The position numbers and the translations under genes were made by a program. The notes beneath the pieces were generated by a model. It was not told the DNA's origin. It saw nothing but the letters and a program-made list of their open reading frames with translations, and did no database searches. From NCBI GenBank assembly GCA_902778125.1, contig CACYWH010000010.1, forward strand, positions 1 through 62,485: 62,485 bases of DNA, in the 5' to 3' direction. Shown here one piece after another: positions 21,740-30,431 of the stretch. Position 1 is the first letter of the stretch. The number at the start of each line of letters is the position of its first letter. The DNA is from an uncultured Erysipelotrichaceae bacterium (GTDB taxonomy: Bacteria > Bacillota_I > Bacilli_A > RF39 > UBA660).

Positions 21740-24616
21740 GTGAACCATATGAATTATGATTATACTGGTGAAAAATTTATAGATAGAATATTTAAAGATA
21801 TCTTTTTAAGCAATGAAGTAAAACATACAAAGAAGAAAAGTGATAACAGAGAAGAAGCAATAAGAAGATATTTGGAAAGATTGGAAAGAGTTCATCAAAA
21901 AGCAACTAAAAATGATAGATTGAGTTTACTTAAAAGTCTATATTTTGATAAATATGTAATTAAAAAAGATAATATTCCATATAGATATAGTGAAGAAGAC
22001 AAACAAACAATTATTAACAATCAAAAGAAAAGATTAGAAGGATGGATAGATTATTTATCTGATGAAAATGCAATGTATCCAATGTGGGCAAAATATTGGG
22101 CTTTTCAAGGAATGCTTAAACTCGGTGCTGAAGATCCTGCAAAGGGATATCAAAAAAGGACTAATAAGACATTAGCTCCTTTTATAGAAGCTAACCCTGC
22201 GATAATAGCAAATTGTATTCAAAGCATGATGGAATATGAAGAAAGTAAAAGAACAAATAATGAAGAAATAAGTGTTTCATTAAAAAGTGGAAGTTTTAAG
22301 AAGTTATATGAATATTTTGAAAAAAAATATAAAGAATCTATGGTACAAGCACCTAATAAGAGTGAAGGTGTATGGGTAAAGTATAATCAGGGTAATATGG
22401 ATGAAGCACATAAATTATATGAATCTTTACAACATAAAAGTGTTCCTTGGTGTACCGCAAATGAAACAACTGCTAAGACTCAAATTGATGGTGGAGATTT
22501 TTATGTTTACTATACTATAGATGAAGAGGGTAATTATACAATTCCTAGAATAGCAATAAGAATGAGTGGTAAAAATAACATCGGTGAGATAAGAGGAATA
22601 TTACAAGGACAATGTCTTGAGAGTGAAATGATAGATGTTCTAGAAGCAAAATTAAAAACAATGGATTTTGTAAGTGAGAACGATATAAATATCTACATAG
22701 AAAAAGTTCAGGGCCAAAAAGAGTTAACTAATATATATAATAAAACTGTAAATAAAATCGAATTAACTAAAGAAGAAATATATAATATATATACAAAGCG
22801 ATATGGATTTGGTTGGGAACAAGATCCGATGGTCAAAAAAACAACCAATTTAAGAAATATTAAAGAAGATATAAATAAATTAGATAAAGAAAGAAAGATT
22901 AAAATAATTACTAATTGTGCTGGATATTTACCAGAAGATTTTGTAATAGATGATCCTGGAATCCTAGTTAGAGTAACAATTGAAAATGCAACATTATTTC
23001 AATATGCTTCTTATGAACTTAGGAGTAATAGAGAAATTGCAAAACTATTAGTAGCAGGAAGTCCAAAAATATTTGCACTATTAAATGAAGAGTTAAAAGA
23101 TGATAAAGAGATTGCTCTTTTGGCTGTTAGTGCAAATGGAAATATGTATGATATCGTAAGTGAAAGACTAAAAATGGATAGGGATATTGTATTAAATGCG
23201 GTTTCTCGTAATGGATTTGTTCTATGTACGGTGCCTGATAATTTTAAAAATGATAAAGAAATAGTTTTGAAAGCAGTTAATAATTATTCATCAGCCATAG
23301 GAGATGCAAGTGAAGAATTAAGAAATGATAAAGATGTAGTAGAAGCTGCTCTTTCAAAGAATATGGGTGCATTTATATTTGTTGGGGATACTATTAAAGA
23401 CAATAAAGAGATTGCATTAAAAGCAGTTGAATATAGTCCTACATTATTAGAATATGTAAGTGATAGACTAAAAAATGATAAAGATATTGTGGAAATTGCA
23501 CTTTCAAAAAGTATGGGAGTTTTTTCACTTACTGGGGAAACCATTAGAGATAATAAAGAAATTGCATTAAAAGCAATCGAGTATAATCCTATGCTACTAG
23601 AAAATGTAAGTGAAAGATTAAGAAATGATGAAGAAGTAGTAATGTCTGCAATCTCTAAAAATATGGTAACATTAATATATATAGGTGAAAAATTAAAAAC
23701 TAATAAAGAATTTATTTCGAAGGCAATAAATTTAAATGAACAAGTATTTAAAAAAATTGTTCCAATATTAGATGATAAAAAATTTATTATGACTATTTTA
23801 TCAATAAATGGTTCATTATTATCACATGCAAGTGATGAGTTTAAAAATGATTATGATGTGGTTTCATGTGCTATTAAAAATAATCATTATGCAATTTATT
23901 ATGCGAGTGAGAAATTTAAAAGCGACAAACATGCTATTGAAAGATTATTAAATGATAATATATATTTTGATTTAAGCAGTATATCACCAAGTTTTATGGA
24001 TGATAAAGATATTGTTAAGTTATTGATTGAAAAAAAATATCATGTAGGAGAATATCTTGGAAACAATTTAAAAGGTGATAAGGAAATAATATTATCTATA
24101 ATTTCTGATGGAATTGAATTCCATAATTATAGTTATGCTGAACAATTTAAATATGCTAGTGATGAATTAAAGAATGATAAATCTTTTGTAAAAGAAGCAA
24201 TTAAAATTAATCCATATATTTTTGGATATATTAGTGATAATTTGAAGAGTGATAAGGATTTCATTATAGAATTATTAAATACATGTGATTCTGAAAAGAA
24301 AGGTGCTGTTTTAGATATTCTTGCAGGTGAATTACCTAAAGAATTAAAAGATGATGAAAAATTAAATTCAATTTATACTGAAACATTATTAAATTTAATT
24401 TCTACTGAAAATATTGCTAAAGACATGAGTATTGAAGAAATATATCATGCTATTGACGATATTGAAAATATGTGCAAAGATTTGATTCTTTCAGATAAAT
24501 ATAAAAATGATCCTAATGTTATAAAATATGTTTCAACGAGAGTGTTGGAATCATTTAAAACTGTTTTACCTGAAGTCAGTGATTATATAGATCAAAGACA
24601 ATCTATGTTAAAATAA
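21740..24616 (+). CDS. DUF4116 repeat protein with an unassigned ~380-aa N-terminal domain (likely start ATG at 21749)
   Basis: More than 10 copies of the ..L(K/R)NDKE(I/V)(V/A)L.AV..N...(F/L).Y.S.. motif, characteristic of DUF4116. RBS GGTGA precedes the ATG at 21749. Confidence 0.7.
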   Translation: MNHMNYDYTGEKFIDRIFKDIFLSNEVKHTKKKSDNREEAIRRYLERLERVHQKATKNDRLSLLKSLYFDKYVIKKDNIPYRYSEEDKQTIINNQKKRLEGWIDYLSDENAMYPMWAKYWAFQGMLKLGAEDPAKGYQKRTNKTLAPFIEANPAIIANCIQSMMEYEESKRTNNEEISVSLKSGSFKKLYEYFEKKYKESMVQAPNKSEGVWVKYNQGNMDEAHKLYESLQHKSVPWCTANETTAKTQIDGGDFYVYYTIDEEGNYTIPRIAIRMSGKNNIGEIRGILQGQCLESEMIDVLEAKLKTMDFVSENDINIYIEKVQGQKELTNIYNKTVNKIELTKEEIYNIYTKRYGFGWEQDPMVKKTTNLRNIKEDINKLDKERKIKIITNCAGYLPEDFVIDDPGILVRVTIENATLFQYASYELRSNREIAKLLVAGSPKIFALLNEELKDDKEIALLAVSANGNMYDIVSERLKMDRDIVLNAVSRNGFVLCTVPDNFKNDKEIVLKAVNNYSSAIGDASEELRNDKDVVEAALSKNMGAFIFVGDTIKDNKEIALKAVEYSPTLLEYVSDRLKNDKDIVEIALSKSMGVFSLTGETIRDNKEIALKAIEYNPMLLENVSERLRNDEEVVMSAISKNMVTLIYIGEKLKTNKEFISKAINLNEQVFKKIVPILDDKKFIMTILSINGSLLSHASDEFKNDYDVVSCAIKNNHYAIYYASEKFKSDKHAIERLLNDNIYFDLSSISPSFMDDKDIVKLLIEKKYHVGEYLGNNLKGDKEIILSIISDGIEFHNYSYAEQFKYASDELKNDKSFVKEAIKINPYIFGYISDNLKSDKDFIIELLNTCDSEKKGAVLDILAGELPKELKDDEKLNSIYTETLLNLISTENIAKDMSIEEIYHAIDDIENMCKDLILSDKYKNDPNVIKYVSTRVLESFKTVLPEVSDYIDQRQSMLK

Positions 24617-24638
24617 AAGAAGTGTTTTACACTTCTTT
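24616..24638. terminator. Hairpin between convergent genes (overlaps the lemA-like stop)
   Basis: AAAGAAGTG-TTTTA-CACTTCTTT. Confidence 0.5.
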
Positions 24639-25181
24639 ATTTGTAGTATTATTTTCTAATTCTTCACCTTCTAGTAAAGATTTAACTTTATATTTTTTAA
24701 ATTTAGATACTATATTATATGGTATCTTTTTAATTATATTATTATATTCTAAAGTATATTTATTATAAAATGTTCTTAATGAAATAATGTGTAATTCATT
24801 ATCATTATATTCTTCTATAATGTCTTTAAAACTTTTAACCTCTTTACCTTTTTTATTATCTTCTTTTATTTCAATTATTTCTTTATAACATTTATCTAGT
24901 AAATTTTCATTTTTTAATGATGTAATCTCATCCATTTTTATTTTCTTCATATCATCAAAAACTTTACTATGAGTTTTATATTTATTTTCAATTAAATTAA
25001 TCATTCTATCTAAAATATTATATTTATTTTTAACCTTGTCTTTATATTCTAATTCTGATTGATCTAATTTTCTCATTAGAATCAAAATTTTCTCATTGAA
25101 ATATTTAAATAATATAATTATTAAGAATGTTAAAACTGTTATTATTGCAATTAATAATATAATAATGTTTATAGGTTTCAT
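24627..25181 (-). CDS. LemA-family membrane protein
   Basis: N-terminal TM, plus the C-terminal ..FYNKYTLEYNNIIKKIPYNIVSKFKKYK.. resembling the LemA motif (YNxxVxxYNxxIxxFPxNIIA). Confidence 0.6.
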   Translation of the reverse strand: MKPINIIILLIAIITVLTFLIIILFKYFNEKILILMRKLDQSELEYKDKVKNKYNILDRMINLIENKYKTHSKVFDDMKKIKMDEITSLKNENLLDKCYKEIIEIKEDNKKGKEVKSFKDIIEEYNDNELHIISLRTFYNKYTLEYNNIIKKIPYNIVSKFKKYKVKSLLEGEELENNTTNKEV

Positions 25182-25228
25182 ATTATCACATCCTAAAACA
25201 TTATATCATAAAAAAACTTTTTTTAAAA

Positions 25229-25567
25229 TTATTTAGCATATATTATTTCTTCATCAAATTCTACAAAATCTACATAAATCATTAATATCAAATAATATTT
25301 TCCATTATCAATATCATTTATTATTAGATTATCTCTTCCAGCATGTTCAATTATACCTACGAATATTCTATCTTTCCATTCATTAGAGTCAGCAAAAGAA
25401 GCATGTACTCTAACTTTTTTACCTATATTATTTCTAAGTATATTTTCTATATAACTTTGTTCCATAGGATAGTCTTTATTATATTGACCTATATCAAAGG
25501 TTGGACTACTTGATTGTCTTTCAATATCATTTATAAATACAGGTGTTTGATAATAACTTCCATTCAT
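25229..25567 (-). CDS. gerQ: Spore coat protein GerQ (112 aa from ATG at 25567; the tracked 187-aa ORF is over-extended)
   Basis: MEQSYIENILRNNIGKKVRVHASFADSNEWKDRIFVGIIEHAGRDNLIINDIDNGKYYLILMIYVDFVEFDEEIIY closely parallels B. subtilis GerQ (LEQSYIENILRLN..GVIEAAGRDHIIISD..YLDYITFDEEI). RBS GGAGATGA precedes the ATG. Confidence 0.85.
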   Translation of the reverse strand: MNGSYYQTPVFINDIERQSSSPTFDIGQYNKDYPMEQSYIENILRNNIGKKVRVHASFADSNEWKDRIFVGIIEHAGRDNLIINDIDNGKYYLILMIYVDFVEFDEEIIYAK

Positions 25568-25665
25568 TAAATCATCTCCTATATTATTTAATGATAGTAA
25601 GTAAAAAGAGTGAATAATATTGGTTTTTAAATTAATATAGTTTATAATTAATATGGAGGTAAAGT

Positions 25666-26220
25666 ATGGAAATAAAAGTAGGAGTTTCAAATCATCATGT
25701 TCATTTAACTCGTGAAGCATTGGATGTATTATTTGGTGAAAATTATGAATTAACTGTAAAAAGAATGTTGCTTCAAAAAGGACAATTTGCAAGCGAAGAA
25801 ACAGTAACTTTAATCAAAAATAATAAGACTTTGGAACATATTAGAATAGTAGGTCCTCTTAGGAGTTATACTCAAGTAGAATTACTTGATAAAGATAATG
25901 AATATTTTGGTATAAATGCACCAGTTCGTAAAAGTGGAGATTTAAAAGGTAGTGAAACGATAGATATAATTGGACCTAATGGTACATATCATGCTGTTGA
26001 ATCAACTATAATTTCAAATACACATATACATATGAGTGCTGAAGATTTAAAAACATTTAACAAAGTAAATGATGAAATAGTTAGTGTTATTTGTAATAAT
26101 CATAAAATAGATAATGTCCAAATTAAATCAGATGAAACATGTGTACTAGAAATGCATATTAATAAAGATATTGCAGAATCTTTAAATATAGAAACTGGTA
26201 TGGAGGTTGAAATATGTTAA
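25666..26220 (+). CDS. pduL: Phosphate propanoyltransferase/phosphotransacylase PduL
   Basis: MEIKVGVSNHHVHLTREALDVLFGENYELT..GQFASEETVTL..VRKSGDLKGS is the canonical PduL duplicated-domain signature. Confidence 0.9.
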   Translation: MEIKVGVSNHHVHLTREALDVLFGENYELTVKRMLLQKGQFASEETVTLIKNNKTLEHIRIVGPLRSYTQVELLDKDNEYFGINAPVRKSGDLKGSETIDIIGPNGTYHAVESTIISNTHIHMSAEDLKTFNKVNDEIVSVICNNHKIDNVQIKSDETCVLEMHINKDIAESLNIETGMEVEIC

Positions 26221-27113
26221 AAGTTGAACATGTTACTAAATATTATGGTGATTTTAGAGCAGTTCATGATTTATCTTTTGAAATAAAAGAAGGAGAAATA
26301 TTTGGATTACTTGGTGTTAATGGAGCAGGAAAAACAACAACATTTAGAATGATATTAGGACTTCTTGATAAAACAGAAGGTAATATTACATTAAATGATA
26401 AACCTATAGATTATACTGTAACAGATAGTATTGGATTTTTAACAGAAGAAAGAAGTTTAATACCTACTAAAACTGTGTTAGAACAAGCTGTTTACTATTG
26501 TTCATTAAAAGGAATGAAAGCAGAAGATATAGAAAGTAAACTTGATAAATATTTAGAAGAATTTAAAATATCTGAATATAAGAATAAAAAGATTAAAGAA
26601 TTATCTAAAGGTAATCAACAAAAAATACAGTTTATTATAAGTATTTTACCAGAACCTAAATTATTAATATTAGATGAACCATTTAGTGGACTAGATCCAA
26701 TTAATGTAGAAATGTTTAAAAAAGAAATATTAAGACTTAAAAATAATAAAACAATAATAATATTTTCATCACACATGATGGAGCATATAGAATATTTCTG
26801 TGATTCATTAGTTATTTTAGTACATGGTGAAACTGTATTAAAAGGTAAACTTACTGATATAAAAAGAAACTTTAGAAAGAAAAATATTAAAGTAGAAGCA
26901 GATATAGATATAAATAAAATTAAATCTATAAAAGGAGTAGAAAGTATTACTAAGAATAAAAATGAATATACTATTAAAATAGAAGATGATAGTGTTGTAG
27001 ATAAAGTATTTAAAGAAATATCTAAATGTAAAAATGTTAGTAAGTTTGTAGTTGAAGAACCAACTTTAAATGAAATATTTGTTAGTAAAGTAGGTGAATC
27101 ATATGAAGGATAA
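26214..27113 (+). CDS. ABC transporter ATP-binding protein (ABC-2/NatA-YhaQ-like exporter)
   Basis: Walker A GVNGAGKTT, signature LSKGNQQK, Walker B LLILDEPFSGLD, H-loop SSHMM. Confidence 0.9.
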   Translation: MLKVEHVTKYYGDFRAVHDLSFEIKEGEIFGLLGVNGAGKTTTFRMILGLLDKTEGNITLNDKPIDYTVTDSIGFLTEERSLIPTKTVLEQAVYYCSLKGMKAEDIESKLDKYLEEFKISEYKNKKIKELSKGNQQKIQFIISILPEPKLLILDEPFSGLDPINVEMFKKEILRLKNNKTIIIFSSHMMEHIEYFCDSLVILVHGETVLKGKLTDIKRNFRKKNIKVEADIDINKIKSIKGVESITKNKNEYTIKIEDDSVVDKVFKEISKCKNVSKFVVEEPTLNEIFVSKVGESYEG

Positions 27114-28425
27114 ATTCTGGTTTTTAACAAAAGATAGTATTAAGAAAAAAGTAGGAACTAAATCATTTAAAATAATTAATTTAATATTATTTATTATTCT
27201 AGTAGGAGTTATTAATTTAGATACAATAGTTAAATCCTTTGGAGGAGATTTTGACAAAGAAGTAAAAGTATATATTGTAGATGAAGTAAATGTATATGAT
27301 AAATTTGATAAGGAAATTAATAGTGAAGGATTAAATGTATTAGAAAGTTATAATGCAAAAATAGAAAAGAGTAATAAGACATTAGATGAACTAAAAAAAG
27401 ATATAATTGATAATAAAAAAGATGACATTATTATTAATATTACAAATGATGATAAAAACATTTTAAAAGCAGATATTATTTCATATGAATATGTAGATCA
27501 ATTATTATATCAAAGTTTAATTAGTGCATTAAATAATGTTAAAGTTGAAAGATCAATTGAATTATCAACTATAAGTAAGGAAGAATTATTAAATATTTAT
27601 AAAAATATAGATATTAATAGAGTACTATTAAATGAAGATTTACAAGAAAACCAAGAATTAATTGAAATGATTGGTGGAGTAATAATAATTATATTTATAG
27701 TTCCATTCTTTATATTAATAGTATTAATTGTACAAATGATAGGCGCTGAAATAAATGAAGAAAAAAGAACTAAAGCTATGGAAGTTATTATTTCAAGTGT
27801 ACCTGCAGAAACACATTTTATGTCTAAGTTAGTAGCAGCTAATGTGTTTGCTATAACACAAGGAGTTTTATTAATTTTATATGCAGTAATTGGTATTGTT
27901 ATTAGAGGATTAACATCACCTTCATTAGCAGTAGCGGGTAGTGCAGTTGAAATGGGTAAAATAGGAACTTATGTAAATTTATTTTTACAAAGTGATGTGG
28001 CATCAAGATTATTAGTGGGTATTCCATTCTTTATAGTAATAATTATATTAAGCTTTTTTGCTTATTCATTATTTATAGGTGTTCTTGCGAGTGTAACAAC
28101 TAGTATGGAAGATTATCAACAAATACAAACACCTGTCATGATATTTTTAATGATAGGATATTATTTAGCTATATATGCATCTGTATATCAAGGAGCAACA
28201 TTTATTAAAATTGCAGCATATATTCCATTTATATCTGGTATAGTAGCACCAGTAATGTATTCACTTGGTCAGATAACAATTTTAGGATTAATTATTTCAA
28301 TAGTTTTGTTAATAATTACATGTTACTTATTATATAAATATGGACTTAAAATTTATAAAGAAGGTATACTTAATTATCAATCAAGTAACTTATGGAAAAA
28401 AATGTTTAAGTCATTAAAAAGTTAA
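27103..28425 (+). CDS. ABC-2 family transporter permease (YhaP/NatB-like); tracked from GTG 27094, ATG 27103 preferred
   Basis: N-terminal TM, large extracytoplasmic loop, then 5 C-terminal TMs. RBS AGGTGA precedes the ATG at 27103. Overlaps the ATPase gene. Confidence 0.8.
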   Translation: MKDKFWFLTKDSIKKKVGTKSFKIINLILFIILVGVINLDTIVKSFGGDFDKEVKVYIVDEVNVYDKFDKEINSEGLNVLESYNAKIEKSNKTLDELKKDIIDNKKDDIIINITNDDKNILKADIISYEYVDQLLYQSLISALNNVKVERSIELSTISKEELLNIYKNIDINRVLLNEDLQENQELIEMIGGVIIIIFIVPFFILIVLIVQMIGAEINEEKRTKAMEVIISSVPAETHFMSKLVAANVFAITQGVLLILYAVIGIVIRGLTSPSLAVAGSAVEMGKIGTYVNLFLQSDVASRLLVGIPFFIVIIILSFFAYSLFIGVLASVTTSMEDYQQIQTPVMIFLMIGYYLAIYASVYQGATFIKIAAYIPFISGIVAPVMYSLGQITILGLIISIVLLIITCYLLYKYGLKIYKEGILNYQSSNLWKKMFKSLKS

Positions 28426-28434
28426 AAAAGTTCA

Positions 28435-28464
28435 TTGACAAAATAATTAATAACATTATATAAT
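28435..28464 (+). promoter_or_regulatory. Near-consensus sigma-A-type promoter (TTGACA-18 nt-TATAAT)
   Basis: TTGACA at 28435-28440 and TATAAT at 28459-28464. Confidence 0.5.
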
Positions 28465-28469
28465 TATAT

Positions 28470-28487
28470 TGACATAGAAATATGTCA
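28470..28487. promoter_or_regulatory. Operator-like palindrome just downstream of the -10
   Basis: TGACATA-GAAA-TATGTCA (7-bp arms). Confidence 0.4.
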
Positions 28488-28881
28488 GAATACTTTACGA
28501 TACATTGTGGAGTATTCAACCAAAACCCCCTGAAGGTTTAATTGCTATACAATAATGTTCAAAAAAGTTCAATTGAGTTTAATCTAGTGTTCTTTTTATG
28601 GTAGTTGAGGTCATCTAAAATAACATTTTTTAATCATTATTAATACTTTTGTGCATTAATTAAACTAATTTGATAAAAATAGAGCATACATATGCTCTTC
28701 AGGATAGAAGACAACATGGTTGACTATATAGTTTCTAAAATTCTAGGTAATATAAAAGCAAAATATAGTTTTTAAATCTATAATATTATATTTTGACTAC
28801 TATTTTAAATACATTTTTTTAATTTGCTTAAAATTGTTAATGAAAAATATATAATTATATGATATAATTTAAATATAAAAA

Positions 28882-28929
28882 GACGCTAGTACAGGTCATT
28901 TTTAAATGGTTTTTGTATTGGCGTTTTTT
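28882..28929 (+). terminator. Terminator/attenuator-like hairpin plus T-run immediately upstream of the first island gene
   Basis: ACGCTAGTACA..(loop)..TGTATTGGCGT pairs over 11 positions, including two G-U pairs, and is followed by TTTTTT. The RBS and TTG start of the next ORF follow within 25 nt. Confidence 0.4.
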
Positions 28930-28951
28930 AGTAGTAAGGAAGTGATTATAT

Positions 28952-30391
28952 TTGAAAAAATACAAATATAATATTGTAAATTTAAATGATTTAAATGGTA
29001 AGTCTATATTAACTATTAGAGAATATGTTAGATTTAATGGTTATCCAAATTTTAAAGATGATGATGCAGAATGCTTACTTAGTTTGATTGATAATATATA
29101 TGATAAAAATAGAGATGGTTTTGTTATCTCATATATGATTGAGCGAATATGTAAAGAATTTGACTTAATTAAAATGGATGATAATGCAATTATTAATATA
29201 GAAATGAAATTATCAAATAGAGGGGATAAAATTAAACAGGTAGTGCAAAATTATAATTTATTGAGTAATCAATATCCATTTCATTCAATTATTATTTATT
29301 CATATATTAAAGAAAATAATATGATTTTAAAATATAATATAGAATCTAAAGAATTGGTGGAAAGTGCATTTATTGAATTAAATGAAGATTTAGAGAAAGT
29401 AGAAAACTGTAGAATTCCAAACATTAATTTTAATATAAAAAGCATTTATCAAAATCCTAATTTTTTCCTAGAAGGTTCTTATTTTTTATCAAATTCTCAG
29501 GAAGATATAAAAAAGGAAATATTAAAAAATGATAGTGGTGTTTTTGCAATAAATGGTTGTGGCGGTACTGGAAAATCTTTATTAGCGCTTGACTTATATA
29601 AAACTTTACGTGAAACAAAGGATACTGTGTTTTTGGTTCCATTTGCCCAGCAAAAAATTATTGATGAAGAACTAACAGAAAAAATGAATATAAGAACTGA
29701 AAGATATTATAGGGATACTACAATAAAAGAAGTTATCATTGTTGATGAAGCACAAAGAATTAAGTATTTTAGACTCAAAGACTTACAAAAAAGATGTAAA
29801 TATTTAGTATTATTTTATGATGAATATCAAGATATAGATGATATAGGTCAGATACAAATATTTCTTGAAGACTGCAGACCATCATTAATAGAAAAAAAGT
29901 TGAAACAAGTTATCAGAAACGATAATACTATGGATAGATTTGCTAGAAAAATATGCGGATATAAAAAAAATAAATTTGAATTTAAAACATTTGATGATGA
30001 AAAAATTAATATATATATGATTTCCGAATTTGAAAAATTAGCTATTAATAAGGATGATTATAAAATAATAGAGCCATCAAAGTCAAAAATGACCACAACT
30101 TGTGAATCAATTTGTTGCAATAAAAAATGTTTTTCATTAAAGCAAAGGTTCCAAAATGAAATTGTTCATTTTGAAATTGGCAAAGAATATAAGAATGTTT
30201 TATTATATTTATGTAATGGATATTGTGTTAAAAATAATAAAATTGATATGAAATTGCCTGTTTCTTATGGTAGTTTAAGAAATCAAATATATACTATAAT
30301 ATCGAGAGCGGTGGAAAGAATTATTATTATATGCGATGATATAGATTTGTATAATTTTTTGATGAAATGTAAAGAGGAATTAACTAATTAA
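28952..30391 (+). CDS. DUF2075-like nuclease-helicase: N-terminal PD-(D/E)xK-like module plus SF1-type P-loop NTPase (TTG start)
   Basis: Nuclease-like E..D..ExK (ERICKEFDLIKMDDNAIINIEMK). Walker A INGCGGTGKS. Walker B VIIVDEAQR. LVLFYDEYQDI parallels the FIDENQ motif of the ORF at 33205. C-terminal IYTIISRAVERIIIICDD has the same character as UvrD-like helicase C-termini. Confidence 0.6.
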   Translation: MKKYKYNIVNLNDLNGKSILTIREYVRFNGYPNFKDDDAECLLSLIDNIYDKNRDGFVISYMIERICKEFDLIKMDDNAIINIEMKLSNRGDKIKQVVQNYNLLSNQYPFHSIIIYSYIKENNMILKYNIESKELVESAFIELNEDLEKVENCRIPNINFNIKSIYQNPNFFLEGSYFLSNSQEDIKKEILKNDSGVFAINGCGGTGKSLLALDLYKTLRETKDTVFLVPFAQQKIIDEELTEKMNIRTERYYRDTTIKEVIIVDEAQRIKYFRLKDLQKRCKYLVLFYDEYQDIDDIGQIQIFLEDCRPSLIEKKLKQVIRNDNTMDRFARKICGYKKNKFEFKTFDDEKINIYMISEFEKLAINKDDYKIIEPSKSKMTTTCESICCNKKCFSLKQRFQNEIVHFEIGKEYKNVLLYLCNGYCVKNNKIDMKLPVSYGSLRNQIYTIISRAVERIIIICDDIDLYNFLMKCKEELTN

Positions 30392-30431
30392 TTAGTTAAT
30401 AACAAAAGTTAGTTGTGAAAGGAGTATAAAT

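Noticed and set aside
25568-25792. N-terminal 75-aa extension of the gerQ ORF as tracked (25229..25792), overlapping the pduL start
   Set aside because: The extension has no similarity to GerQ and overlaps the divergent pduL gene and its RBS. An internal ATG at 25567 with RBS GGAGATGA gives a protein that matches the conserved GerQ core.
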